A DNA stretch of 64,000 bases from an uncultured Capnocytophaga sp. (GTDB taxonomy: Bacteria > Bacteroidota > Bacteroidia > Flavobacteriales > Flavobacteriaceae). Below are positions 21,083-31,873 of the stretch, piece after piece. The DNA lies in contig CAUQUO010000006.1 of the NCBI GenBank assembly GCA_963521335.1, positions 11,697-75,696 of the forward strand, in the 5' to 3' direction. The position numbers and the translations under genes are program-made. The notes beneath the pieces were generated by a model. That model had not been told where the DNA came from and did not search any database. It saw only the letters and a program-made list of their open reading frames with translations. Within the stretch, counting starts at the first letter, position 1. Every line of letters begins with the position of its first letter.

Positions 21083-22378
21083 ATGAAGAATTTTATAGAA
21101 GAATTGCGTTGGCGCGGTATGATTCAGGATATAATGCCTGAAACTGAACAACATCTTATGGAAGGATTACGCGCCGCTTATGTGGGGTTTGACCCTACAG
21201 CCGATTCGTTACATATCGGTAACTTAGTGAGTGTGATGATGTTGCGCCATTTCCAAAATTGCGGTCATAAACCCTATGCACTTGTAGGGGGGGCAACAGG
21301 AATGATAGGCGACCCTTCAGGTAAATCGGCTGAACGCAATTTGCTTACCGAAGAAGTATTAGCACATAATATAGAGGGTATTAAAAAACAATTGGCAAAA
21401 TTCCTCGATTTCGAAAGTACCGCTCCCAATCGCGCCGAACTCGTGAATAACTACGATTGGATGAAAAACTTCTCATTTCTCTCCTTCATCCGCGATATTG
21501 GTAAACACATCACCGTAAACTATATGATGGCTAAAGATTCAGTAAAAAAACGCTTTGACCCTAATGAAAATACCGATGGAATGTCGTTTACTGAATTCTC
21601 ATACCAACTCTTGCAAGGTTATGACTTTTTGCATCTCTACCAAGAGAAAAACCTCACTTTGCAAATGGGCGGCTCTGACCAATGGGGAAATATCACCACA
21701 GGTACTGAGCTTATTCGCCGTATTGCAGGCGGAAAGGCGTATGCCCTCACTTGCCCGCTGATTACCAAAGCCGATGGTACTAAATTCGGTAAGAGTGAAG
21801 GCGGTAACGTATGGCTCGACCCTGAGAAAACATCGCCTTACAAGTTCTTCCAATATTGGATTAATACTTCCGATGCCGATGCCGAACGCTATATTAAAAT
21901 CTTTACAATGCTCAGCAAAGAAGAAATCAACAGTCTCATCGCGCAACACACCGAGGCGCCTCACTTGCGTGTATTGCAAAATAAGTTAGCAGAGGAACTC
22001 ACTGTATTAGTACACGGGCGTGAAGAACTCGAGAAAGCTCAAAAAGCCTCTCAAATTCTCTTTGGCAACTCTACCTCCACCGATTTGCGATCCTTAGATG
22101 AGAAAACTTTCTTAGAAGTATTCGACGGCGTCCCTCAAGCCGAAGTACCTGCCTCCGATATCGCTGCCGGACTCGATATGATTGCTATACTCTCTGCCAA
22201 AACAGGTTTCATCAGCTCCAATTCCGAAGCCCGTCGCGCCTTGAAAGAAAACTCTATCTCCGTAAATAAAGAAAAAGTAACTGAAGATTATACCATCAGC
22301 GAAAAAGATTTAGTAGATAATAAATTTATCCTACTACAACGCGGAAAGAAAAACTACTTTATTGTTAAAAAAATATAG
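21083..22378 (+). CDS. tyrS: Tyrosine--tRNA ligase
   Basis: [25 protein letters not shown] and KFGKS motifs plus an S4 domain. Confidence 0.97.
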   Translation: MKNFIEELRWRGMIQDIMPETEQHLMEGLRAAYVGFDPTADSLHIGNLVSVMMLRHFQNCGHKPYALVGGATGMIGDPSGKSAERNLLTEEVLAHNIEGIKKQLAKFLDFESTAPNRAELVNNYDWMKNFSFLSFIRDIGKHITVNYMMAKDSVKKRFDPNENTDGMSFTEFSYQLLQGYDFLHLYQEKNLTLQMGGSDQWGNITTGTELIRRIAGGKAYALTCPLITKADGTKFGKSEGGNVWLDPEKTSPYKFFQYWINTSDADAERYIKIFTMLSKEEINSLIAQHTEAPHLRVLQNKLAEELTVLVHGREELEKAQKASQILFGNSTSTDLRSLDEKTFLEVFDGVPQAEVPASDIAAGLDMIAILSAKTGFISSNSEARRALKENSISVNKEKVTEDYTISEKDLVDNKFILLQRGKKNYFIVKKI

Positions 22379-22400
22379 TTTTAAACCCTTTCCTAAAACA

Positions 22401-22440
22401 AAAAAAGCCTGTCTAAAAAGAGTTTTTAGACAGGCTTTCT
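22401..22440. terminator. Bidirectional terminator between tyrS and ridA
   Basis: AAAGCCTGTCTAAAAA-gag-TTTTTAGACAGGCTTT inverted repeat. Confidence 0.85.
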
Positions 22441-22458
22441 TATTCTAAAAATACACTA

Positions 22459-22836
22459 CTACAACACTGCTATACAAGAAATCTCTACTTCTACTGCCTT
22501 GGGCAATTGTGCCACTTGCACTGTCTCACGCGCAGGAGCTGTCGCCTCATTAAAATAACGCGCATAAACTCCATTCACTTGCCCAAATTGCCCCATATCT
22601 GCCAAGAAAATAGTAGTCTTCACTACATTCTCAAAAGTAGCCCCTGCCTCTGCAAGTATAGCCTTGAGATTTTCCATTACTTGTTCTGTAGCAGCTTCTA
22701 TCCCTTTCACTACTTCCCCAGTAGACGGATTTACCGGTATCTGCCCCGATACATAAAGTGTGTTGCCCGCCTTCACCGCCTGTGTATAAGGCCCTATAGG
22801 TGCTGGCGCCTTTTCTGTAAAAATGATGTGTTTCAT
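22459..22836 (-). CDS. ridA: RidA/YjgF family reactive intermediate deaminase
   Basis: APAPIGPYTQA, VSGQIP, PARETV and VEISCIA motifs. Confidence 0.92.
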   Translation of the reverse strand: MKHIIFTEKAPAPIGPYTQAVKAGNTLYVSGQIPVNPSTGEVVKGIEAATEQVMENLKAILAEAGATFENVVKTTIFLADMGQFGQVNGVYARYFNEATAPARETVQVAQLPKAVEVEISCIAVL

Positions 22837-22850
22837 ATAATTATTAGTTA

Positions 22851-24551
22851 TTAGTTTTCTGTCATTAGTCTCGTGAATGTAGCTTTCAAAATACCCTCAT
22901 TCCCCACCTTGTCTGTAGCTTTTACTACCAATTCATACTTATCTGTCTTTGATGTATCTATATCTTCAAAATGAAACGTAAGACAATGGTTCTTAGGCTC
23001 GTATTCAAATAAAATCCACTCTCCATTAAGCGTTGCCGAACAATTAGCAAAACCCGTAAAATTATCACTTACCAATACCTTCAACGTATCGCCTTTCACT
23101 ACTCCTCCATTCTTGAAATTTACCGCTTTTAGCGTAGGTGGCGTCACATCTTTACGAAGTGTAAAAGTACCAAAATTCCTACTCCGCGCCGTAAATACGC
23201 CATCTTTATATACCGTAGGTTCATAACTCCCCCCTCTCGACAAAAATACCTTACTCGTATCCTCATCTTTATAACTATCCGTCTTAAGACTCACCGTAAA
23301 AAATTTCTGTGCCGGTATACTGTAATTCCCTACTGTAATAGAATCCTTCTTACTGCTGATATAAAGCAACTTATCCTCATAAAGTGTATGCTCTGGCAAA
23401 TAAACACTCCCATGCTCCAACTCATAATAATTATCCCGAGTCGCCACTACTTGCTTGTTGCCTTTAACCACTGGGCGCGCTATTTTCAAAGGAAGCCTAT
23501 TCCCCTCTATCGGTATCGTTACCTTAGTACTATTCCCCTTTATATCTTCTGCTACAATAGTAACCGTATATTGTTGCCCCTCTTCAATCGTCAAATAACC
23601 CCTATTCTCTTTCATCACTGGGTAAACAGACTCCAATCTATTATTCGGCAAACGATATAACAACTGCGTAAAACCTTTCTTTTGTGTATACATCTGATAA
23701 TCCACAAGCGCATTGAGATAACGCGTATCATCATAATTCACCTTGTCAAATACCGTCTGAAGTTGCACTTCCCCATTAAGCAATAGCGTCACTTTATAAA
23801 TACCGTTCTTATGCATCGTCTCATCTTGGCGGTCAAACCCTTGAATACCAAACCCTATAGTCCCAATAGCATTCACCTTATCACTGAGATACGTGCCGTC
23901 TACCTGCTTGTTCTTTACTATCTGGCGAGGAAGCTGCGTGTTCTCTACCTGCGCCTCTTCCGAAAGCGAATATGCATAAATATGCAATATATCTGGAGGT
24001 GTCGTATCTGCTATTTCTTCAAAACCAAACAAAAGCGGATTCCAACCATTATTGTGAATATCTCGCACCTCAAAATGTAAATGAGGCCCTTGGCTTCCTC
24101 CCGTATTCCCACTAAGCGCTACCCAATCTCCCTTTTTCACCACAAACTGCTTCTCATCTGGCGTAATATCAATCTCATACGTATGCTTCTCATACTGCTT
24201 TTGCTTTACAAACGCCTCCACCTCTGGCGCATATTTTTGCAAATGTCCATAAGTCGTTACATAACCATTAGGATGCGTAATAAAAAGCATCTTGCCATAC
24301 CCATACGGACTCACTTTTATACGCGAAATATACCCATCTTCCGCCGCCAATACCTGCAAACCCTCCCGATTTTCCGTTTTCAAATCTATACCTCCATGAA
24401 AATGATTCGGACGTAATTCCGCAAAATTACCCGCCAATAAAGGCTTCGTTGGCAAAGGCATCGCCGGACGAAATGTCTGCGCCTCTAGCGATAATGAAAT
24501 AAAACAAAATACTAACGTGATGAGTAATAAGTGATAAGTGTATTTTTTCAT
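22851..24551 (-). CDS. M23 family metallopeptidase
   Basis: HGGID, YGHL and GNTGGSQGPHLHFE motifs, signal peptide. Start moved to ATG 24551. Confidence 0.9.
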   Translation of the reverse strand: MKKYTYHLLLITLVFCFISLSLEAQTFRPAMPLPTKPLLAGNFAELRPNHFHGGIDLKTENREGLQVLAAEDGYISRIKVSPYGYGKMLFITHPNGYVTTYGHLQKYAPEVEAFVKQKQYEKHTYEIDITPDEKQFVVKKGDWVALSGNTGGSQGPHLHFEVRDIHNNGWNPLLFGFEEIADTTPPDILHIYAYSLSEEAQVENTQLPRQIVKNKQVDGTYLSDKVNAIGTIGFGIQGFDRQDETMHKNGIYKVTLLLNGEVQLQTVFDKVNYDDTRYLNALVDYQMYTQKKGFTQLLYRLPNNRLESVYPVMKENRGYLTIEEGQQYTVTIVAEDIKGNSTKVTIPIEGNRLPLKIARPVVKGNKQVVATRDNYYELEHGSVYLPEHTLYEDKLLYISSKKDSITVGNYSIPAQKFFTVSLKTDSYKDEDTSKVFLSRGGSYEPTVYKDGVFTARSRNFGTFTLRKDVTPPTLKAVNFKNGGVVKGDTLKVLVSDNFTGFANCSATLNGEWILFEYEPKNHCLTFHFEDIDTSKTDKYELVVKATDKVGNEGILKATFTRLMTEN

Positions 24552-24765
24552 TTTTTTGTCTTCAATAAACTTCCTAAAAAATAAAACGGCGCAAAAGTAA
24601 TAATAATTCACCAATTAGACAATTAGGTTTTTAGCTTTTTTTTATTAACTTTGCATCTTAATAACCCACCAAACATACAAAATTACCAAACAGTTTCCCT
24701 CTTAGCCTTTCCTGATGGCTCAGTAGAATTTATAACTTTTCTCATTTTTTAAATAATATACTAAA

Positions 24766-26004
24766 ATGAAAACACTTGCCACCACAGCCCTATTCCTGCT
24801 ACTAATAGCATGCAAACCATTAAATATGAGCAACGTAGAAGGAGTTAACTTCTATGCCTATGCCGAAGACAGCCTCCTTTATAAACAAGGCGAACCATTC
24901 CCCCTACTACCCGAAGACGCTAGTAAAAATAACTACCAATACCTCAACTTCCAACTGCAATTCAAAGGCCGATACCTGCAACTCTCCTACGACAAAATAA
25001 ACGACTCCATTCGCACCACCGAAACCAAAACCTTCAAAGGTAGATGGCGAAAAAACGGTTGGAAATACCGATTCTACCACGCATTTATCCCCCTATTCCC
25101 CATCCTCTTTATCGATGAATATCACAAAATATACCTCAAACCCAAAGGCAATAAAACATTAGATGTCCTCGAAAAAAAACGCGAATGGGCTTTAGCTCTC
25201 CCCTTCGGCGGAAGATTTGACTCTTATGAAGATCACCTATATTTTAAATCTAACGAAAATATATATCTCCCCATTGTATTTTACGAAAATAATAAATACG
25301 GACTAAAAAAAGGAAATACAATCCTCTCTCCCGCTCAATACAACAAAATTAGCCTCTTCAACGAAGACGTTTCAATCGTGCAAAAAGATAGCCTATACGG
25401 GCTCATCAACTCCAAAGGTAAAGAACTAACCCCCATCATATACAACATTATACAATACCAAAAAAACTTTAGAATACCCTCCTTCTTCCTCGTAGAAAAA
25501 GAAAAACTCTGGGGCATCCTCTCCCTGCAAGGCCAATCCATCATCCCTACAGAATTTCAATTCTTGCAATACGAATGGATGCTCACCCCAGACTTTTTCT
25601 TAGTACAAAAAAATAACCTATGGGGATTTATCAATATAGAAGGAAAAGAAATCCTACCTCTACAATACGACCATATATACGAAACTTCCTATGGCTATAC
25701 ACTCGTAAAAGGTAATAAATTAGGCTTTATTAGCTTTAGCCCCGAAGAAAAAAACGATAGATTTATTCCCGCTAAATACACTTCTATCGAAAAAAATACC
25801 CTCTGGGATGATTACGTATTAGTTTGGGATGAAAATACCCCTCTTTTCGTAGATAAAGAAGGTAATGAATACAAAGCTGAAGTACGCGAAGTACGCAAAA
25901 TAGACAACTTATTTGGCTACCCCTATCGCGATAACGAAGTAAATATAAATAACAAATACTACCTGCCTATCTTAGAAAACAAGCAACCCCCTAAAAAAGA
26001 ATAA
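24766..26004 (+). CDS. WG-repeat (KWG-like) lipoprotein
   Basis: LIAC lipobox and repeated (Y/W)G(L/F/I)I...G..I.P..Y units. Confidence 0.82.
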   Translation: MKTLATTALFLLLIACKPLNMSNVEGVNFYAYAEDSLLYKQGEPFPLLPEDASKNNYQYLNFQLQFKGRYLQLSYDKINDSIRTTETKTFKGRWRKNGWKYRFYHAFIPLFPILFIDEYHKIYLKPKGNKTLDVLEKKREWALALPFGGRFDSYEDHLYFKSNENIYLPIVFYENNKYGLKKGNTILSPAQYNKISLFNEDVSIVQKDSLYGLINSKGKELTPIIYNIIQYQKNFRIPSFFLVEKEKLWGILSLQGQSIIPTEFQFLQYEWMLTPDFFLVQKNNLWGFINIEGKEILPLQYDHIYETSYGYTLVKGNKLGFISFSPEEKNDRFIPAKYTSIEKNTLWDDYVLVWDENTPLFVDKEGNEYKAEVREVRKIDNLFGYPYRDNEVNINNKYYLPILENKQPPKKE

Positions 26005-26033
26005 GAGCATCTCTTCCGAAATGCCCTTACATC

Positions 26034-26624
26034 CTATAATTCCTTAAACGAGCTGATGATATCCTTCATTTGCTCGTAGTGTTTTCCTTTTTTGCTCTCC
26101 AAAGTCCAAGTAAAAATCTGGTAATACCTCTTAGGAGTTTCAACTACCGCAGCTACATAAAAAACCGCTATCCCGTTGATAGATTCTGTGGTTTCTACCA
26201 CCATCGCAGGATATTTATTCAGCGTAGTCTCCGTTATTTGCTTAGGCGAAGGTTGCATCATCTTTGCCTCAACCCAGCCTTTCCTACAAATATTAAAATA
26301 ATCTTTCAAGTGAAATTTCTTAGCAAACCTCTTCTTGCTCTTCACCCTCAAAGAATCTTTCAAAACCTCATAAAGTACATCATAAACCTCTTCCCTATTC
26401 TCATCAATCACTGCTACAAAAAAATCAGTCTTTCGATTACCATATTGCAAAGAAGCTTGCTCATAAAGGTTGTCTTGGTTAGTAAGAGAGTTAGGTAGTT
26501 TTACTTCATATTTATCTTCTACTTTCACTACCTGAAAGGGTTCAGCAGAGCTCTCACCTACTCTACACGCAGTACATAAAAAGAAGATAGCAATGAAAGG
26601 CAGTTTGTTTGATAAACTTTTCAT
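26034..26624 (-). CDS. Hypothetical lipoprotein
   Basis: TAC lipobox, ASLQYGN and C-terminal IISSFKEL. Confidence 0.75.
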   Translation of the reverse strand: MKSLSNKLPFIAIFFLCTACRVGESSAEPFQVVKVEDKYEVKLPNSLTNQDNLYEQASLQYGNRKTDFFVAVIDENREEVYDVLYEVLKDSLRVKSKKRFAKKFHLKDYFNICRKGWVEAKMMQPSPKQITETTLNKYPAMVVETTESINGIAVFYVAAVVETPKRYYQIFTWTLESKKGKHYEQMKDIISSFKEL

Positions 26625-26719
26625 CTCTTGCTAATTTAGTTTTTTTCGCGACAAAAATACAAATAAATTGTAAAATAGCAAAAAAATAATCATAAATCTA
26701 CTATCCCGCCTATACCAAC

Positions 26720-26763
26720 CTTGGAGAAAGCTTGGAGACAGCTTGGAGACAGCTTGGAGACAA
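26720..26763. repeat. 11-bp tandem repeat CTTGGAGACAG x4 (CTCCAAG family)
   Basis: Read directly from the sequence. Confidence 0.9.
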
Positions 26764-26849
26764 CTAAAAAAACACCCCACTACCCCATAACCAACAGATA
26801 AAAAAATCTCAAACATAAAATCTATAACAGCAAATAATCCTCAGAACTG

Positions 26850-27452
26850 TCAAAAAGACTTTTGAGAATTACCTAACATCAGTCGTGCAACATACTTGCC
26901 AATCACATCAAACTCCAAATTTACAACACTACCTACTTGCAATTGTTGCAGATTAGTATGACTCAAAGTATAAGGGATAATAGCAACACTAAAACTATCA
27001 GAAGTAGCATCTACTACCGTAAGACTTACCCCATTCACAGTGATAGACCCTTTTTCTATCACCACATTACCCTTAGAAGGATCATACTGAAAAGTAAAAC
27101 GAGTGCTACCGGCTTCCTCTTCAATAGCTCTACAAACCCCCGTCTGATCAACGTGCCCTTGTACAATATGTCCGTCTAACCGAGTGTTGAGAAGCATACC
27201 GCGCTCCAAGTTTACTACATCACCCGCTCTCAAACTGCCTAAGTGAGTTTTATTCAAAGTCTCAGCAATAGCAGTTACTTGATATACATCACCTTCAATA
27301 GCTACGACCGTAAGGCATACACCATTATGAGCAACACTTTGGTCTATTTTGAGTTCCTTAGTAAACGAACTCTTTACATACAAGTGCAAATTCCCTTGTT
27401 CGTGCTCTATTCGTTCGATTTTACCTATTTCTTCTATAATTCCTGTAAACAT
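26850..27452 (-). CDS. ribE: Riboflavin synthase (alpha chain)
   Basis: MFTGIIEEIG, NGVCLTV, VNLER, GHIVQGHVD and VNLEFD motifs. Confidence 0.95.
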   Translation of the reverse strand: MFTGIIEEIGKIERIEHEQGNLHLYVKSSFTKELKIDQSVAHNGVCLTVVAIEGDVYQVTAIAETLNKTHLGSLRAGDVVNLERGMLLNTRLDGHIVQGHVDQTGVCRAIEEEAGSTRFTFQYDPSKGNVVIEKGSITVNGVSLTVVDATSDSFSVAIIPYTLSHTNLQQLQVGSVVNLEFDVIGKYVARLMLGNSQKSF

Positions 27453-27511
27453 AAAATTAATTAGCAAATTAGTCAATTAGTAGATTAGTTATCTCTCTCA
27501 TTCGCAAAATA

Positions 27512-28507
27512 CTAATCCAATTCTCCTGTCAATTCTGCAAAAACTACAGTAGCTCTTTTGCCTTCGTATAATACTTTGTAGACAGCATCAAGTATCGGTG
27601 TACGACTAGGCTTCTCCTGATTCTTATTGATGAGATAAGCACTTTTGGTAGCGTAATAGCCTTCAGCTACCATATTCATCTCAGCCATTGTGCTCTTCAC
27701 TGTATAACCTTTGCCTATCATTGTGCCAAACATACGATTACGACTGAAAAGTGAGTAGGCCGTTACAAGCAAATCACCGAGATAAGCAGAGTTATTGATA
27801 TTACGCTTGATTTTATAAATATGCTTGATATAGCGTCGCATCTCGCGAATAGCGTTGCTCATCAATACACTTTGGAAGTTATCGCCGTAGCCCAATCCGT
27901 GGGCAATACCCGCTGCAAGGGCGTAGATATTTTTAAGCATCGCTGCATATTCAATCCCTATAACATCATCCGATATTTTTGTTTTCACGTAATGGCGTTT
28001 CATTGCTTCAGCCATAAAGTGCGCTTTTTCTTCGTCGAGGCAAGCGATAGTGAGGTATGACAAGCGTTCGAGAGCTACTTCTTCGGCGTGGCAAGGTCCC
28101 GCTATGATGCCTATCTGGGTATAAGGCACGTGATGTAGTTTATTGAAATACTCGCCCACTATAAGTCCGCTTTGAGGTTCAATTCCTTTAATAGCAGAGA
28201 AGATGTTTTTTTCTACAAGGGGTATATGTAACTTATCCAGCTCTTGACTTAAGAAAGCTGAAGGGATCGAAAAGATTATATATTCGCTAAAAGCTACCGC
28301 CTCGTTGATATCATTGGTAAGGTGTAGTTTATTAATATTTAGATGTACATCGCTAAGGTAGTTTGGGTTGTGTTTGGTAGCTTTGATATGTTCAATAGCT
28401 TGTTCATTGCGCATATACCAGCACACTTTATCGATGTTGGCTGTAAGTATTTTAACGAGGGCAGTTGCCCAGCTACCACCTCCTATTACAGATATTTTAG
28501 TTTCCAT
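27512..28507 (-). CDS. gpsA: NAD(P)H-dependent glycerol-3-phosphate dehydrogenase
   Basis: VIGGGSWATA, GPCHAEEV, LKNIYA, GDLLVT and SRNR motifs. Confidence 0.95.
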   Translation of the reverse strand: METKISVIGGGSWATALVKILTANIDKVCWYMRNEQAIEHIKATKHNPNYLSDVHLNINKLHLTNDINEAVAFSEYIIFSIPSAFLSQELDKLHIPLVEKNIFSAIKGIEPQSGLIVGEYFNKLHHVPYTQIGIIAGPCHAEEVALERLSYLTIACLDEEKAHFMAEAMKRHYVKTKISDDVIGIEYAAMLKNIYALAAGIAHGLGYGDNFQSVLMSNAIREMRRYIKHIYKIKRNINNSAYLGDLLVTAYSLFSRNRMFGTMIGKGYTVKSTMAEMNMVAEGYYATKSAYLINKNQEKPSRTPILDAVYKVLYEGKRATVVFAELTGELD

Positions 28508-28511
28508 TTGT

Positions 28512-29051
28512 TTAGTCATTAGCAGTTAAATGAATAAGGGCGAAGACAGCATAATTTATTATATCTTGATAGTTCGCTTTAATACCTTCGCTTACGAGTG
28601 TTTTTCCTTGGTTATCTTCAATTTGTTTCACACGGAGGAGTTTTTGAAGGATTATATCGGTGAGGGAGCTGACGCGCATTTCTCGCCATACTTCCCCGTA
28701 GTCGTGGTTTTTAGCTTCCATTAGGGTACGAGTTTCGACTACTTTGGCATCGTAGAGTGCAGTAGCATCCTCGAGATTGAGGTCGGGTTGAGAGGCTACT
28801 CCTTTTTCTATTTGAATAAGCGCCATTAGGGCATAATTGATGATTCCTATAAACTCGGTAGTTTCGTCTTCGTCTATTTTATGTATATCGTTTTCTTGTA
28901 GGCCACGTATGCGTTGTGCTTTGATAAAAATCTGGTCGGTGAGGGAGGGGAGTCTCAAGATACGCCATGCGCTACCGTAGTCTTTCATTTTGTTGATAAA
29001 TAGGCTACGGCATTGTTCAATGATTTTGTTATATTGATTTATAGTGTTCAT
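28512..29051 (-). CDS. DUF1599 domain-containing protein
   Basis: Two related halves (KMKDYGSAWR and KNHDYGEVWR) with INYA motifs. Confidence 0.85.
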   Translation of the reverse strand: MNTINQYNKIIEQCRSLFINKMKDYGSAWRILRLPSLTDQIFIKAQRIRGLQENDIHKIDEDETTEFIGIINYALMALIQIEKGVASQPDLNLEDATALYDAKVVETRTLMEAKNHDYGEVWREMRVSSLTDIILQKLLRVKQIEDNQGKTLVSEGIKANYQDIINYAVFALIHLTAND

Positions 29052-29126
29052 TTTCTTTAGATAAGAAGTAAGATAATTTTTTGGCAAAGGTATTAATAAT
29101 TTATGAATTGACCAATAGAGAAGTTT

Positions 29127-29777
29127 TTAAATTCGTTCTTTGAGCATAGGCACAAATTGGAAATCGCCGTAGGTTGTTCGGTGGAATTCTTTTTCGGAGA
29201 TGCGTTCATAGAGGGTCATAGTTTGGGTTTGGATACCTATGGGGATTACTAATCTTCCGCCTATGGCTAATTGTGCTAATAGGTCATTGGGCAAGTAGGG
29301 GGCTCCTGCTGTTACTAAGATACGGTCGAAGGGAGCTTGCTGTGGCAGTCCTTTATATCCGTCTCCGAAATACATTCTTATAGGTTTATTCAGCAGTTTA
29401 GGCAATAGGAGTTGTGTTTCTTTAAAGAGTTTAAGCTGTCGTTCTATGGTGTAGAGTTCTACTCCTAAATAGAGCAATATACTAGACTGATATCCACTAC
29501 CGGTACCTATTTCTAGGACTTTTTGTCGTGGAGAGACTTGCAGGAGTTCGGTTTGGAAGGCTACGGTATAGGGTTGAGAGATGGTTTGGCCTTCACCTAT
29601 GGGGAAAGCTTTATCTTGGTAGGCGTGGTCTTCGAAGCTGCTATTCATAAACAAGTGTCGAGGAATGGCGCGTATAGCTTCCAAAACTTTTTCGTCTTTA
29701 ATTCCTTTTTCTTTTAGTAAATCGGCTAATTGATTTCTCAGTCCTTTGTGTTTTAGGGTATCTTTCAGCGGTAGCAT
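29127..29777 (-). CDS. pcm: Protein-L-isoaspartate O-methyltransferase
   Basis: GQTISQP, VLEIGTGSGYQ, APFDRILVTAGA and FVPM motifs. Confidence 0.95.
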   Translation of the reverse strand: MLPLKDTLKHKGLRNQLADLLKEKGIKDEKVLEAIRAIPRHLFMNSSFEDHAYQDKAFPIGEGQTISQPYTVAFQTELLQVSPRQKVLEIGTGSGYQSSILLYLGVELYTIERQLKLFKETQLLLPKLLNKPIRMYFGDGYKGLPQQAPFDRILVTAGAPYLPNDLLAQLAIGGRLVIPIGIQTQTMTLYERISEKEFHRTTYGDFQFVPMLKERI

Positions 29778-29867
29778 TTTGTAATTTTATTTATATAGAT
29801 AGTATTGTTGAAGGGGCAAAGTTACAGTTTTTTTCTTTTATCCCAAATTAAATTTAGGGGATAGGTC

Positions 29868-29900
29868 GCTCCAAGATTGCTCCAAGATTGCTCCAAGGAG
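29868..29900. repeat. 11-bp tandem repeat GCTCCAAGATT x3 (CTCCAAG family)
   Basis: Read directly from the sequence. Confidence 0.88.
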
Positions 29901-29909
29901 TTTGTAAGG

Positions 29910-29944
29910 TAAGAGATAAGAGATAAGAGGTAAGAGGTAAGATG
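29910..29944. repeat. 7-bp tandem repeat TAAGAG(A/G) x5
   Basis: Read directly from the sequence. Confidence 0.85.
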
Positions 29945-30062
29945 GGGGGATAGGGTTTAGGGGATAGGGTGTAAGAGGGAGAAAATTTGGTTATAATAAA
30001 AAAATGTTGTACTTTTGCCTATATAAGCTCATAAAAAACGGATGTGTAAAGCAAGAAATACG

Positions 30063-30665
30063 ATGCTAAAAATATGTGGTATCAGGAGTGTTGAGGAGAT
30101 TGATAGTCTCAGTGATTTGGCTATTGATTATTTTGGTTGTATCTTTGCGCCAAAGAGCAAGCGGTATGTGAGTGCATCGATGGCTAGGGCTATTGTGGAG
30201 AGGGTGCACCAAGCGGGCAAACGGGCTGTAGGGGTGTTTGTAGATATGCCTTTGGATTTTATACGACAGATGGTGGCTGACACCCGAATAGATATTGTGC
30301 AATTACACGGTAGTGAATCGCCTGAATACTGCAAGGTTTTATGGCAAGAAGGTTTTACTATCTGGAAGGCTTTTGGGGTATGGGACACTTTGCCTGACAT
30401 ATCGGCGTATTTAGATTTTATAGTGTATCCTTTGTTTGACACCAAAGGAGCTGAAAGAGGTGGCAATGGTATTTCTTTCAGTTGGGAACTTTTAAAAGGA
30501 ATTACAGCGGGGTCATTTATTTTGGCGGGAGGTATAGATGCAGACAACTTGGAGGAGGCGCTTTGCTATCAGCCTGCGATACTTGATGTGAATAGCAAGG
30601 TGGAGGTAGGGCATCGCAAAGACCGGTATCTTATAGAGAGGGTTATTGACAAATTAGAAAATTAG
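30063..30665 (+). CDS. trpF: Phosphoribosylanthranilate isomerase
   Basis: LKICGI, VGVFVD, VQLHGSE and ILAGGI motifs. Confidence 0.93.
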   Translation: MLKICGIRSVEEIDSLSDLAIDYFGCIFAPKSKRYVSASMARAIVERVHQAGKRAVGVFVDMPLDFIRQMVADTRIDIVQLHGSESPEYCKVLWQEGFTIWKAFGVWDTLPDISAYLDFIVYPLFDTKGAERGGNGISFSWELLKGITAGSFILAGGIDADNLEEALCYQPAILDVNSKVEVGHRKDRYLIERVIDKLEN

Positions 30666-30676
30666 AAAATTAGCAA

Positions 30677-31873
30677 ATGGCTATGGAGAATTATAATATA
30701 AAGGCTTATTTTGGCAACTTTGGTGGGCAATATGTTCCTGAAACGGCTATGTATGCTTTGAATGAACTTGAAGAGGCATATCGGGAGGCTAAGGAAGACC
30801 CTTTGTTTGAGACAGAGTTAGAAGATTTGCTTCAGAACTATGTAGGCAGGCCTACACCTTTGTATTATGCCAAGAACTTGAGTGCTCATTACGGGCAGGA
30901 TATTTACCTAAAACGGGAAGACTTGAACCATACGGGGGCGCACAAGATTAATAATGCGCTGGGGCAAGTATTGTTGGCCAAGCGAATGGGGAAGAAGAAG
31001 GTGATTGCGGAGACAGGAGCGGGGCAGCACGGTGTGGCGACAGCTACGGCTGCGGCGCTCTTAGGGCTTGATTGTGAAGTGTATATGGGTGCGGTAGACA
31101 TGGAGCGCCAAAAGCTAAACGTATTTAGGATGGAGCTTTTGGGGGCGAAGGTGGTAGCTATTACAGAAGGCCTTCAAACGCTAAAAGAGGCGACTACGGC
31201 AGCGATACAGTCGTGGGTAGCAGAAATAGAAACGGTGTTTTACGTGATAGGTTCGGCAGTGGGGCCTCACCCCTACCCTACTATAGTGCGTGATTTTCAA
31301 GAAGTGATTGGCAAGGAAGCGCAGGTGCAATTGAAGGCTTTGGGCAAACACGCAGACCACGTTATCGCGTGTGTAGGAGGAGGCAGTAATGCAATAGGAA
31401 TATTTAGTGCTTTTTTAGAAGATACTACTACGCAACTTTACGGAGTAGAGGCCGGTGGAGAAGGTATTGACACAGGCAAGCACGCGGCGACACTGACTTT
31501 GGGCAAAGAAGGCATCATACACGGGATGAAAACCTATGTACTACAGGACAAATACGGGCAGATAAGTCCTGTGCATTCTATTTCGGCAGGGCTTGATTAC
31601 CCAGGTATAGGTCCGCAACACGCCCATTTATTTAAGAGTGGTCGTGCCATCTATGTGCCAATCACTGATAAGGAGGCGATGGAAGCTTTGGTGCGCACGA
31701 CACGCCAAGAGGGAATTATACCAGCCATTGAGAGTGCGCACGCTTTGGCATATTTAGAGAAATTGTGTCCTACACTTGAGGGAAGGCAAACCATAGTAGT
31801 AAATGTATCGGGGAGAGGGGACAAGGATATGCACACTGTTTTTTCAATACTCAAAGGAGAAAAATATGAATAA
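30677..31873 (+). CDS. trpB: Tryptophan synthase beta chain
   Basis: [27 protein letters not shown] and SGRGDKD motifs. Confidence 0.98.
   Translation: MAMENYNIKAYFGNFGGQYVPETAMYALNELEEAYREAKEDPLFETELEDLLQNYVGRPTPLYYAKNLSAHYGQDIYLKREDLNHTGAHKINNALGQVLLAKRMGKKKVIAETGAGQHGVATATAAALLGLDCEVYMGAVDMERQKLNVFRMELLGAKVVAITEGLQTLKEATTAAIQSWVAEIETVFYVIGSAVGPHPYPTIVRDFQEVIGKEAQVQLKALGKHADHVIACVGGGSNAIGIFSAFLEDTTTQLYGVEAGGEGIDTGKHAATLTLGKEGIIHGMKTYVLQDKYGQISPVHSISAGLDYPGIGPQHAHLFKSGRAIYVPITDKEAMEALVRTTRQEGIIPAIESAHALAYLEKLCPTLEGRQTIVVNVSGRGDKDMHTVFSILKGEKYE

Noticed and set aside
26631..26816. 61-aa ORF across the CTTGGAG repeats
   Set aside because: Short, low-complexity translation of an intergenic repeat and promoter region.
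29808..29820. 13-bp TTGAAGGGGCAAA shared with 60403-60415, near both proposed trp breakpoints
   Set aside because: The copies are in direct orientation, so they cannot mediate an inversion, and both overlap -7 promoter consensus elements.
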